From: Giardia intestinalis
Lineage: Eukaryota
Length of the DNA stretch: 64,000 nt
Reading direction: 5' to 3' (one strand)
Assembly (NCBI GenBank): GCA_000002435.2
Contig: CM018792.1
How positions within the stretch are numbered: the stretch's first letter is position 1; the number at the start of each line of letters is the position of its first letter. The notes under the pieces are model-generated. The model had not been told where the DNA came from. It worked only from the letters and a program-made list of their open reading frames with translations, and did no database searches. A program made the translations under genes and the position numbers. Of the stretch, positions 1 through 10,600 are shown piece after piece.

Positions 1-31
1 CCGTGTTACAAATAAGTTCACATTGCGGCTA

Positions 32-3000
32 ATGCTCAATTTCTACAAGATTCAATCCAGTATTATCTTGGGCTCTGGACTCCCCCCTCACCTAACCGAT
101 CCATCCATTACATCTCGATTTAAGGTAGACATTTGGAGGAACGCCATGCAGCGCCATCAATTCTACAAAGCAGGAGAGGATCTTGAGCTAGATCTGTCTC
201 TTCCCCTGACACAAATGATTCTAAAGAAAAATTACGTCACTTTCCTCACAGACATGGTCTCAACTATGGATCCATCTAACGAGCATTCTGCGAGTTTCCT
301 GATAAGCCTTGCACTTATGGGAACAGACGGGGATCTTGACGTTTATTTCTACTCTAAGTTTATACGGTTGTTTCTCTGGGGTGTTTCCAGCAAGCGCACT
401 ATGGATACGTACTGGAGCGATATAGCCTATCTCCTCTACAATAATATGAACTACAAACGGTTGCACACCTCGAGGACCCTCAAGGAACTGAACTTCCCGT
501 CTATACATTCCACAGACTCTGAAGATTCTGAAGAGCAGCATGTCATGTTGCTAGGCAAACTGGAACAAGAGTTGGCCCCTGAAATATGTAATCTGGATAT
601 GGGATGCAGCCCCCTCTTTGAATTTGAACAAAGAAATCACTATTTCGTAAAGGACATGTTTTGGAACTTTCCGCTCAACGCGAGTTTTGCACGCACACGC
701 ATACTTTTGATGGATCAAGGACTGCGGCCTCCCCAGTTGGTTTTCTATGAGATGTGCATGCTTAAGCATGATCTTTCAAAGTCCCATGGACTCGCTACCT
801 CCCTCTACGCGTCTAAGAGTGATAAAAAGGGAAACTCCAGTGACCCTCAGGCACGGTTCAGATCTGCCTGTGCATCAGTGGTGAAAAGACTAACAGCTAA
901 CGATTCATCAGCAACTTCGTTTCTGACGGGTGCCAATTACGGCTCTAGTGCCTTGAACACGGAGGGTGGCAAAGACGCCGACGCCATGCACTTTGTCGAA
1001 GAGGATGCATATGGAATGAAGGGCTATGATGGCGGAAATTTGCTATCGTCAACTTTAGGAGTTATGAGCGGAACTGGAGAACCACATTGTCATGGCCCTG
1101 CTGCATCTGCAATTAAAGGCGTTCCCTCAACCCTGGGAGATGGGGCCTCCAGTGCCTCTGCCCTCGCTGAGGATCTCTTTGAAGAAGAGATAGACCTCGC
1201 CAAGCTATCTAGTCTTTTCTCTAAGCAGTATATTTCAGAGCAGGACATAGCCGGCACGGGACTATATGTAGATAACTTCTCCTTTGGCTCCGGGGAAAAG
1301 GCCAGCAAGAACAAGGTATGTGTTGTGGCAGGAGGTAAAGCAGATCCGAGTGCTACCGCTCCGTTCATGAAGGACCTGTTCAATCTCGACAGTAGAAAAG
1401 ATCAGAACAGCATGCTCGGACTAGGAAGCTTTTCGCTTAGTACCTTACAGCATAGAAAGGCGTCTCCGGCCAAAAAGAAGACTTTGCACGTGAATTCCGC
1501 GGGCCAACGGAAAGAGGGGACTAGTCAAGCTGATGCACATACCCCCTCAGATGCGACAGATAAGAAACAACTTCTGAGCGATAGTAGCTCTGATGACGGT
1601 GACATTGTGGCCGTCGCAGCATCTGACTCTGACGACATGGACCGAGCCTTTGGCCTGGAGGAGGAGGCCGCCAAAAAGTCAGGTACATCTAATGGTAGTG
1701 ATATTAGCGATGATGATTCTGATATTGAGTTTGTCGGGTCCAATTCTGATAATATGGACGCCGCGTTTGGCCTGATTAGCAGCTCCGATGAGTCGGATGT
1801 CCAGGACATTATGGATATGACTGACTCTTCTAGTGAAGGTGATGATTATAGTGATGGGTACAGTAGCGACGGTGATATAGTTGCTATAGGCTCCGATTCA
1901 GAAGAGATGGACGCGGCTTTTGGTCTAGAGAAAGAGCCAGTGAAGAGAGAGAGCAAACAGCTCTCTGCGCCGGTTTCCAAACCTCAACCGGAGGCACGCG
2001 GCTCCTTCGATTCTCTTATGGTTCCCGAAACCGTCTCAGGCGAAAAACGAATGGAAAAGCCAAAGCCCAAAATGACACTGATAGCTCAGAGCTTTGATGC
2101 ATTCGACGAGGCCCTAGAAGACAAGTACATGGAGAGTCTTCCAGATGATGAAAAGCAACTATACAGTGTTGGTGGGCCGTTGTCTTATCCCCTGATAGGA
2201 ACAGGTACTGTACTACCACCAAACGATGATGAAGGTATACAGGAGGTGCCCCTCAGGGCTCAAGGCGCTGAGAACACGTTCAGCTTCGGGAGCTTCGCGT
2301 CACTCCGAGACTCTGCGATGCAGCTTTTCTCCAAGCGACCACTATCAGATCAGCAGGCACAGGATGCACATTCAGATGCTATTGAAACTATTGGAGAGGA
2401 CTCCACCCTTATTCTAGAGCCGCTCGTCGGAGTTGATCGCCAAAAGGGGGGAACTTTGCATAATTCGTTTACCTCTGAGGGGCGTGCTGGCAACCATATA
2501 GACTCTGTCTCACTCAAAGATCCAACATATGAGCTCAAGGACAAGGACACAAGCCCGCTAACCTGTATGTCTGTCGGCAAGCTAGATATGGGTTTGGACA
2601 TAGATGATGAAGAATCAAACGTATTTTCTCAGCCCTTTCAGATGTTATCACTGACTGTTGACAAAAGTGTGAAAAGACTTGATGCCGTTTCAGTAATGGA
2701 CCCTTTGACCTCAGAAATCCATGACACTCAAGCAAGTAGCCAGGAAGCCTTTGCACTCGACATTAATCCGGAAGACAGTGAGAGCATAGACCGAGGAATC
2801 AACATTGGATTCGCACAAAATCTTCCGGAGGACGCTGGTGCTTTGACAAACCAGGATGACAACTTTGATTGTCTGCACTTATCCTTCCACAATGACAATA
2901 TAGAGTATCCTCACTCAGACTCTCATCTTTCATCCAGGGAGCATCATGATGATATAATAGCCAATGCAAATATTAGTAACAGCTCTGGAGAGTATGATCA

Positions 3001-6000
3001 GTCATTGAGAGTTGGACATGTTGCACACATGGCAATCAGCCAGGATTCCGATGAAAAGGTGAATGCCTACCTCAAAGATAGTGAGATGCACATTCCTGAG
3101 GAACACATGGCTCTCCTTATGACCAGGACTGTCATTCTGTTGATATATTCTACGTGGGCTGTGCTTCAGCGGTTTGGCCACAGGTATTCCAAAAGCATGT
3201 CACTAGCAGATGCATACTCCAAATTTCATATCCTGGTCGATCAAGTTCTCAGTGAAGGTACTCATCTGTATGGTAAGTGGAGAGAGTATAAAGATAAAGC
3301 GCAAGCAAGTAAGTCGACGAATGAGGAAGTTGATCCGCGTGTTAGGATGCTTTTAAAGTACGGCACTGATAAAGCCCATCCCTATGCCTTGACAAGAACT
3401 TTGGCCACCAACATTTTGTCTGTTGGAAGAGCATACATTCAAGCTCTCTGTGAAGAGCTGGGCACGCCCACTTCTTTTGATGATGACTGGGTATCATGGC
3501 CACTGTTAGTCAACGACTGTACACAATTGCATGAGGTAGACCTCGATAGCTTCTTGCGTTTCACACCAGATAACTACAAGACGTACCTGCAAAACAAGCT
3601 AACGGGCTCTGTGCGCAACAGTTCATTCTCCCAACTTACTGATGCTTCCGCCTTTGATCAGCAAAACTCTAGCTTCAGTGGCTCGATGGAGTTCTTTGAT
3701 AACCCCATGCTGCCCTTAGAGAACAACACCCTTGCGTATGATGTGCACTTTGGCAAGAGCAGCGTTATGGCTACTCTCCCAAGCATAAGTTTCAGTAAGA
3801 ACCAGACAACAACTGGACTGCTAAGCAGAGGCCCTAGTGCTCTACCGCCAGGGCGAAACTCGGTGAGTGGATCTAGATCAGTGTCAACCAATTTATCAGT
3901 TCATGACAAACTAGTTTGCTCACTTTTACATCCCCAAGTTGTGACTGACCACAGTGTGATTTTTCAATCGCATTCCAACAATCTTAATAACAACGAATTA
4001 ATGAAAAGGAAATGCGCTTCATGCAGCGATTTCTCACTCATGGCTGACGCAGCTCATTCTACTGAAGCCTTATTACACGCGTCCTCTGTGCCGTTGACAA
4101 AACTAAATGGTTTTCAAGACTTACTTGATCCTCCATCAGATGATCTTGCTTCAGATTCTAACGTCAACGCTATTGAGCCCCATGTCTCTCAAGTTAATCG
4201 AGTTTCCCTTGACGCTGATGAGTCATATGCTAAGACTGCCGAGGGAAGCTTTATTGAGCAGAACGTTCCTGCCACCATTGATTATTGTACAACTACATCT
4301 GCTGACTCTTCGCTACCCCACTCCTTGAGGAGTCGTAGCACCTTTTGCGGCTTATCGTTATGCACAGAAAGATTAAGACTGATCGAAAACTCTGCCAACT
4401 TCGATGTACCGCTCACCTTTCAATCACGGTCTGTATCCCTGCGGCACAAGGCAAGAGCTCCTCATAAGATGTCTAGATTGAGCTTGCACACCCATCAAAG
4501 ACATCACTACGGTATTAGGCCCATCGTAGAGATTGTAAAGACTCCTTCCATTATGGATAGCTCTATCAGTACCTCTCCTACAAATGTCAGTCTTACAGAA
4601 GAGCAGAACGTGGGCAAAGAAAAGGGGGACGATGGCCTCTTTGAACTCTCTGCCCAGAGCTCATCGCTGGAAACAGATAATTTGAAGATAGAGCTTATTA
4701 CAAATGACGTTGTTGATTTGATTACTCCGTTAAAGGTATCCTCTGGTCAAGTTCGCTCTTCTTCGCAAGAAAAGTGTACCCGTGATAGCCCATTGGAAAA
4801 TTCTGATAGCAACAGGTTAGCATTGCGGCCAGTATCTCAGAATCTTCACGCTTCTAACGCTCACTCCACCACTGACAACATCCCTTTGCTATCCCTCTCG
4901 GATAAGCAACAGCGTTTGGAGAATCTGATCTCTCATTCCATACATCCATTCCTCGTATCGAGCTGGAAGTTGACGAAGCAAAGACTCACACTAAATGCAT
5001 CTGGTCTGAATCCCAATAAAGGCTGGGTTATTCTGAGCATTATTGACGTAGCCCACTTCCTGCAGGGGATCGCGAAGATTATAAACGTGAGATCCACTAC
5101 GTCGTCATACGGAACTGATGCGCCTCAGGTGCGGCTTTATTGCAATGAGAACATTGTCTATGAGCCTCGCTCGCTTCAGAATACCGTCGCACACAGCAGG
5201 CTTCCAAAGACAATAAAGGAGACAGTCAAGCTGCGGCAAAACGTCCACGATCTATGGGTTAATATTGGTCTAGATGCAGCTGAGCGATCTCCCCTTGTGG
5301 GTATTCGCCACAGCACGAAAGAGCGACAAGGGTATATCATCCGGCGAAGTACTCAACACCACGATGATGAGATTAATAAATATGAAGGAGATCTGGATGT
5401 GACGAGAGCCCAAGTTTGTTCTAGAAAGGCCAATGGAAAGGTTGAGCTTAGGCTGAAGTCCCTCTTCGATCTCTTAGAAATTAAAAATAAGGATGTCTTT
5501 AATGCTGACAACGCCCCAGCCACCATGAATGTGGGTGGCAAGGAGATCTATGGTAACGACTGCTCTGACTTTAAGCAAAGCGGCCACAGCTCATCGGATG
5601 ACGGATATAACATTCCTTCAGGGTATAAGATCTTGAACACCTGCATGCCCGCAATGGGGGACATGGGTAAGCCTGTGTCAATATACCGTTTTTCTCGCAA
5701 CGCTCCCACAGGCGATTACTTCACTTTTCTGTATGCCAATTCTGTTGAAGGCAATAGAGCCGACTTCAAAGATAGTTTGGTCCCAGGAGACCAAAACTAT
5801 CTTGCCAATTGGTTAATTGAGACGGACAAGATAGAGCGGCCACAGGCCCAGATGGATGAGGTCATTGTACAGACCCAGGACTCTGTCAAGATAAAGCCAC
5901 TTCAGATTGATAGTGACGCAAAGGTTATGCCTAGCATACTTTCTACGGCGGCAATCTCCATCAACTCGCAAGCAAACTTGAAACGAGTGGGGTCCAGCAA

Positions 6001-7000
6001 CATATCTCATTCTGTGCTTCGCAGAAAGTCTGTCTCTGCGGCTAACATGTTTGCACTATATCCTCGGTCAGCCATTGGGCACATGTCAGAACCTTCTCCA
6101 CAGGCTCCAGTGGAGCAACCATTCGAGAATGTGTCTACTCCCTCTGTAAAACTTGATGATTATCAAATTGCGGCTGTCAATGAGGAGAATAGCATCGAAG
6201 GACTAAGTACTTTCCAAATAGAGCCTGTAACTAGCAACATGGATATGTCGTCAGAGCAGCAGACTGGGACTAACGACTTGAACGGCTATGACTTTCAGCT
6301 TGCCAGCTCAGAGATGGACAGTAAGGCGTTGACAGATGTTCATTGTTTCACCATCAGTACTCTTGTAAGTCAACCGTCGCTACCTGCACCACTCATTACT
6401 GAACAGGATAACAACAGCGAACCGGAGCATCCCAACGATGCAGAGAAAAGGCCTCTAGCAATGAAGAGCTGCACCACAGGCACCAGACCCTTGTTTCCGA
6501 CAATTACACGTCAAGACTATGAAGCAATGGAAAATGCACAGAGGCAGGCCTGTACAGAGGGCTTTGCTGATACAGGTGGCAATAGCACTCTTCAGGCTCT
6601 CTGTATAGATACGGGTGTCTACGTCAATCGAATGAGCTTTGAAGAACATGTGTTCATGCCGCACATCTTCCTCGAGATTCTCCTCGATCTGGTTGTCAAT
6701 GCAAGGCAATACTCTAAGCCCTCAATTGTCCGTGCTGCCCTATTTAACTGCCAAGAGTCGCTGTACCTTGTGGTCAATGATTGTGGAATAGGTCTTCCCA
6801 AGCAGTGCTGGCAGCATGCTTTCTTCCACCAGCAGGAGCTGGCAGATATCTCACAGTGCCTTGGGTCGGGTCTTGCCCGTGCCATCCTCATTACTCGTGC
6901 CTACGGCGGTATTATTAACGTAAGCTCGTGCAAGAACGGCGGAACTCGCCTCATACTCAAGATACCTCTTCCCAAGGAGTCAACATTTATCGACGCTTGA
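32..7000 (+). CDS. Large (~2,320 aa) hypothetical protein with three acidic 'D(G/S)DI(V/E)..SDS..MDxAFGL' tandem repeats near the N-terminus and a C-terminal GHKL/histidine-kinase-type ATPase (HATPase_c) domain. The 5' end is uncertain.
   Basis: The ORF is uninterrupted from 23 to 7000. Position 23 is TTG, the first ATG is at 32, and the frame stays open to the window edge, so the gene may start upstream of the window. The C-terminus (nt ~6640-6997) carries ordered histidine-kinase motifs: N-box LLDLVVNARQY (compare EnvZ LSNLVVNAARY), G1 VVNDCGIGL, an F-box-like AFFHQQ, G2 GSGLARAIL, and GGIINVSS-x4-GGTRLILKIPL. The stop is at 6998-7000. Confidence 0.8.
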   Translation: MLNFYKIQSSIILGSGLPPHLTDPSITSRFKVDIWRNAMQRHQFYKAGEDLELDLSLPLTQMILKKNYVTFLTDMVSTMDPSNEHSASFLISLALMGTDGDLDVYFYSKFIRLFLWGVSSKRTMDTYWSDIAYLLYNNMNYKRLHTSRTLKELNFPSIHSTDSEDSEEQHVMLLGKLEQELAPEICNLDMGCSPLFEFEQRNHYFVKDMFWNFPLNASFARTRILLMDQGLRPPQLVFYEMCMLKHDLSKSHGLATSLYASKSDKKGNSSDPQARFRSACASVVKRLTANDSSATSFLTGANYGSSALNTEGGKDADAMHFVEEDAYGMKGYDGGNLLSSTLGVMSGTGEPHCHGPAASAIKGVPSTLGDGASSASALAEDLFEEEIDLAKLSSLFSKQYISEQDIAGTGLYVDNFSFGSGEKASKNKVCVVAGGKADPSATAPFMKDLFNLDSRKDQNSMLGLGSFSLSTLQHRKASPAKKKTLHVNSAGQRKEGTSQADAHTPSDATDKKQLLSDSSSDDGDIVAVAASDSDDMDRAFGLEEEAAKKSGTSNGSDISDDDSDIEFVGSNSDNMDAAFGLISSSDESDVQDIMDMTDSSSEGDDYSDGYSSDGDIVAIGSDSEEMDAAFGLEKEPVKRESKQLSAPVSKPQPEARGSFDSLMVPETVSGEKRMEKPKPKMTLIAQSFDAFDEALEDKYMESLPDDEKQLYSVGGPLSYPLIGTGTVLPPNDDEGIQEVPLRAQGAENTFSFGSFASLRDSAMQLFSKRPLSDQQAQDAHSDAIETIGEDSTLILEPLVGVDRQKGGTLHNSFTSEGRAGNHIDSVSLKDPTYELKDKDTSPLTCMSVGKLDMGLDIDDEESNVFSQPFQMLSLTVDKSVKRLDAVSVMDPLTSEIHDTQASSQEAFALDINPEDSESIDRGINIGFAQNLPEDAGALTNQDDNFDCLHLSFHNDNIEYPHSDSHLSSREHHDDIIANANISNSSGEYDQSLRVGHVAHMAISQDSDEKVNAYLKDSEMHIPEEHMALLMTRTVILLIYSTWAVLQRFGHRYSKSMSLADAYSKFHILVDQVLSEGTHLYGKWREYKDKAQASKSTNEEVDPRVRMLLKYGTDKAHPYALTRTLATNILSVGRAYIQALCEELGTPTSFDDDWVSWPLLVNDCTQLHEVDLDSFLRFTPDNYKTYLQNKLTGSVRNSSFSQLTDASAFDQQNSSFSGSMEFFDNPMLPLENNTLAYDVHFGKSSVMATLPSISFSKNQTTTGLLSRGPSALPPGRNSVSGSRSVSTNLSVHDKLVCSLLHPQVVTDHSVIFQSHSNNLNNNELMKRKCASCSDFSLMADAAHSTEALLHASSVPLTKLNGFQDLLDPPSDDLASDSNVNAIEPHVSQVNRVSLDADESYAKTAEGSFIEQNVPATIDYCTTTSADSSLPHSLRSRSTFCGLSLCTERLRLIENSANFDVPLTFQSRSVSLRHKARAPHKMSRLSLHTHQRHHYGIRPIVEIVKTPSIMDSSISTSPTNVSLTEEQNVGKEKGDDGLFELSAQSSSLETDNLKIELITNDVVDLITPLKVSSGQVRSSSQEKCTRDSPLENSDSNRLALRPVSQNLHASNAHSTTDNIPLLSLSDKQQRLENLISHSIHPFLVSSWKLTKQRLTLNASGLNPNKGWVILSIIDVAHFLQGIAKIINVRSTTSSYGTDAPQVRLYCNENIVYEPRSLQNTVAHSRLPKTIKETVKLRQNVHDLWVNIGLDAAERSPLVGIRHSTKERQGYIIRRSTQHHDDEINKYEGDLDVTRAQVCSRKANGKVELRLKSLFDLLEIKNKDVFNADNAPATMNVGGKEIYGNDCSDFKQSGHSSSDDGYNIPSGYKILNTCMPAMGDMGKPVSIYRFSRNAPTGDYFTFLYANSVEGNRADFKDSLVPGDQNYLANWLIETDKIERPQAQMDEVIVQTQDSVKIKPLQIDSDAKVMPSILSTAAISINSQANLKRVGSSNISHSVLRRKSVSAANMFALYPRSAIGHMSEPSPQAPVEQPFENVSTPSVKLDDYQIAAVNEENSIEGLSTFQIEPVTSNMDMSSEQQTGTNDLNGYDFQLASSEMDSKALTDVHCFTISTLVSQPSLPAPLITEQDNNSEPEHPNDAEKRPLAMKSCTTGTRPLFPTITRQDYEAMENAQRQACTEGFADTGGNSTLQALCIDTGVYVNRMSFEEHVFMPHIFLEILLDLVVNARQYSKPSIVRAALFNCQESLYLVVNDCGIGLPKQCWQHAFFHQQELADISQCLGSGLARAILITRAYGGIINVSSCKNGGTRLILKIPLPKESTFIDA
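1592..1936 (+). repeat. Three imperfect tandem coding repeats (~23-25 aa core, period ~140-155 nt) encoding acidic 'DGDIVAVAASDSDDMDRAFGLEEE', 'DDSDIEFVGSNSDNMDAAFGLISS' and 'DGDIVAIGSDSEEMDAAFGLEKE'.
   Basis: Seen directly in the translation at 1592-1666, 1714-1782 and 1868-1936. The protein motif is conserved while the DNA differs by many synonymous changes. Confidence 0.75.
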
Positions 7001-7080
7001 TCTTCACCGTACGGAGCGTAGCTATCTAAAAACCTCAGTATTTAAATCAAAGTCTAATTGTATTAGAAGCAATCTGCACC

Positions 7081-7677
7081 ATGAGAAGTAAATTGTTAAT
7101 GATAATTCTAGTTCCGGCGCCGCTTCTTCGTGGCTGGAGAATCCTGACCCTACAGGCCCAGCGCTGGCACAGAACAGTGATCTATCTGCTTCGCCCCCTT
7201 TACCTCATCAGGTATATCTCTCTTCTCATTCTAGGACTTATCTTCATCTTTCGCTACCTCTTGGTAATCAAGAACATGCTCCCAATATTCCAGTTTATTA
7301 CTTTTCTATTGACTGTCTGGACTGGAGAGTGCATGAAAGCCCGCTACTCTGGAATTTACGAGTTACGCCCTCTCCTTATAGACGAGCCCTGGAATAACCT
7401 CAATCAGACGTTTACTGATAAATATGTTTTCTACGAGGCAGACGTGTGGATTAAGCTTTTCACGTCCAACGTTCTGGCGATCATCATGAGCTTCACAGAA
7501 CTCGGAAAGAGAGGCCTTCGCCTTCTTCCATTTGTGTTTTCACTGATAGCTGATGTTCTTCTCCAGATACTGAGACCATATGGGAAGTTTCGAGCCATGG
7601 GCTACAACAAGGGCTTGTTGCACTGCATCATAGACAGCTGCCAATACATGAACAGGGCTCTCCGGAACCGACTTTAG
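7081..7677 (+). CDS. Possible small (198 aa) multi-pass membrane protein, hypothetical.
   Basis: The ORF starts with ATG and is preceded by an AT-rich 80-bp spacer (7001-7080), which looks like a Giardia-type short promoter. It has 4-5 hydrophobic stretches (LLMIILVPAPLL, ISLLILGLIFIFRYLLVI, MLPIFQFITFLLTVW, VLAIIMSF, LLPFVFSLIADVLLQIL). It fills the gap between two convergent genes that would otherwise be unusually long. No homology was recognised. Confidence 0.4.
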   Translation: MRSKLLMIILVPAPLLRGWRILTLQAQRWHRTVIYLLRPLYLIRYISLLILGLIFIFRYLLVIKNMLPIFQFITFLLTVWTGECMKARYSGIYELRPLLIDEPWNNLNQTFTDKYVFYEADVWIKLFTSNVLAIIMSFTELGKRGLRLLPFVFSLIADVLLQILRPYGKFRAMGYNKGLLHCIIDSCQYMNRALRNRL

Positions 7678-7680
7678 TCA

Positions 7681-10600
7681 CTAGACGTCATCTTCTGCTA
7701 CCACATATAAGCTATTGACCTTGATAATGTCACGGAATATTGCATCGTGGACAGCAGTTAACCGTGCCTTCAAACGCTCGTCCCCAATGACTTCCACCGC
7801 GATTATTAGCTGGTCGACAAGGTTTATTAGACGCCTGAACATCCTTACTATGTTCCCTTCGAATTGGCTCCGGTCTATGTCGAGGATCTCCTGAAATGTC
7901 TGACCTGCCGCCCATGAAAAAGCAATTACCGCTGTGGTGTCGTCCACGATGTGATCAACTGTTGTGCAGCGCAACTCTAACGTTGTGTCCTCTGTTGCAC
8001 AATCCTTTAGCAACATAGATACAATCTGTTTTAGCTTCGTCAACGCTTGAGACAGCTTCGGGTCCATCTGGAGTTGGTTACTCTTCGATGATCCCGATGC
8101 TCCAGTTCCCTCTCCGAGAAGGGAGGCCAAGACGCCAGCGAGGACTCGTGGAGTTAGGTCAGTGAATTGGGCCTCAAACAGACACTCAACGAGTATTACC
8201 TCATTTGCAGAGCTAACATGACATGCAACACGCCCCTTGTCTGTGAGAAGGTATGCAGCTTCGCTATCTGTGGCCCCAGGAATTTCTTCTATGAAGTGTT
8301 CACGGCGCAAGAAGTTTTTCAACTTTACCAGCTCTGAGCTCAGTATAAGGTCGTCGGCTTCTTGGATATATTGCTTAAATATCTGCTTTTTGGCATCTCG
8401 TCTCATACAATTGAGCATGAGAGAAAAAATCATACCCGATACCTCCAGCTGACCGGAGGCATCCTCATCATGTGGAGAGTTATCGATGTATTCCTTCACC
8501 ATTTGATAAACAATCAGCTGTTCTTCTTTTAATGCCTGCTCGTTGGTGTCTTCCATGCGCGTCGAAATCTTAGCATAAATTGCAGGAGAGCACACGGCAT
8601 TAAGCACTCTATGTAGAGTGGGCGCACTGTGTGCTGGTGATGAGAGTATACGCGTCAGAATCCCATATTCGTTGTCGCAAGTGATAGCATGTTCAACTAA
8701 CTTTATGTTACAGTCTAGATCGTTAACCTCTGATGTAACGTCGGCATAGGCCAACTCAGAAAGGTTAACGTGCGGCTCCATAAGATCAGCTAGAGTAGAG
8801 GGGAAGCTGTGAGATTCGTCTGATGGTATGAGAGAGGCTATCATTTGATAATAGAAAAACATTGCCTCGGACTTATCATCATACCTAGAAAGGCTTTCCG
8901 GTATGGTCTTTAATATCTTTCCAGAAGCCCTTCGGATTGCTCTCACCGGAACGCGAACAATTACACAAGCTGTTGCTTCTATTTCGCTCCAGAGATGTTC
9001 ATGCAGCTTTCCTTTCATCTGCTTCTTCTTAGACGATGCCCCACACTTGTCGATTGCTGTCAGGACACTGAGAAGGACGTCTCGAGGAGCAAGCATCTGA
9101 TAGGACGCCTTGTTTTCACGCACGAATGGCTGGAGAGGATCAATGAACGAGTACTCATAAAGATTTTGTGGGGTGATGGACTCTGAGGAGTCATTAGCGT
9201 AAATGAGGTCATTTATATCTGCATGTGACACTTTCTGCTTTTCGACTGGTTTGGAACCTACCTTTCGAAGTGGCCTCCTTTTTACAGGGGGTTGACTCTC
9301 GTCAGCAGATGCGTCTTGGGCATCAGCTGGGCTATCCTGCTTTTGCAAGGTCGACATATATTCTTGATAGTATGGCTTGTTAATTAGTGCAGCGTGGGCA
9401 AGCTCTTTATCAACTCCTCTCGAGCTAAGCGAAGAAGGGACGGTGTCGCTAAACGCAATTAAGTGTGTTTCTGAAGCATTAGTGTACTTCGCCGGGACGG
9501 AGCCGAGAGAACAGGGAACCAAACAATCCACAAAGCTGTCAGAGCCTAGTCTTGTAACTTTCAGGACTGGTACCCACCCCAGGTCCAACCCATCGGCATG
9601 CACATGAACTATTCGTCCGCGAACTAATAACTGCTTCATAGAGTCTTGGGACAACAAACGAGACCAATCCACATAGTAACTAGTCTTGAGTGCAAAGAGA
9701 TTAACATACTCAGTCAAGAGACCGTATAACCTTTGAGCATCCCAAGATGCTAGGTTTGCAAGTGACTGAAGCATATCTGGACCAAAGAATTGAGCGAGCT
9801 GCTCATACTCTCCGAAGGCTCTATGCAGGACATTAAGTATGCTTAGTAAAAGTCTGCCCAGTTGCGTTTTATCTACGGCATTGGCATTCTCTAGTGCAAG
9901 GATCTTGTCTATGCAGCGCGGCAACCTAAATAACTGCTGGAACTGCAAGAACGACCGCTTAATCACCTGCTCAGGAGAGGTATCTTCTATTTGCATCAAT
10001 TTAAGGACACTATTAAAAGAGAGTCTATATGCACTGTTTAGTGGTTCAGTGGTTCCTTGAATTACCTTTACAATGTTGTCACATTCGTCTGCTGTGCTGA
10101 ACATGCATATTGACATGCCCTGTTTGTCTATTCCTCGCCGGCCAGCGCGACCAGCCATCTGAACATACTCACCAGCAGTCACTAATCTGGAAGTCAATCC
10201 GTCGAACTTTTTAAATTCAGAAAAAATAATCGCACGAGCAGGAAGATTCAGGCCCATAGCGAATGTTTCGGTCGCATACAGAATCTTCACTAGCCCCTCA
10301 ACAAACAGTATTTCTATAATCTCCTTTGCCCAGGGAAGTAACCCTGAATGGTGGACTGCGATTCCTCGTCGTAACATGCCACGAAGAACGACAATAGGTC
10401 TTAAGTTGCGATCTTCTTCTGGAAGGCACTTGAGCGCTGCGTCAAATATATTATCTATAACACGTGTTTGTTCAGGAGTCACCAAGCTCTGTATAACGGG
10501 AGGCTGCGCTTGAGTGGCCTGCTGGTTATCCTGTGGAATCAATGCCTGGGGTTCTTCACCGTAAGTCCGCTGCAAGGGTGGCCGGGAGGTGGCTCTTTGC

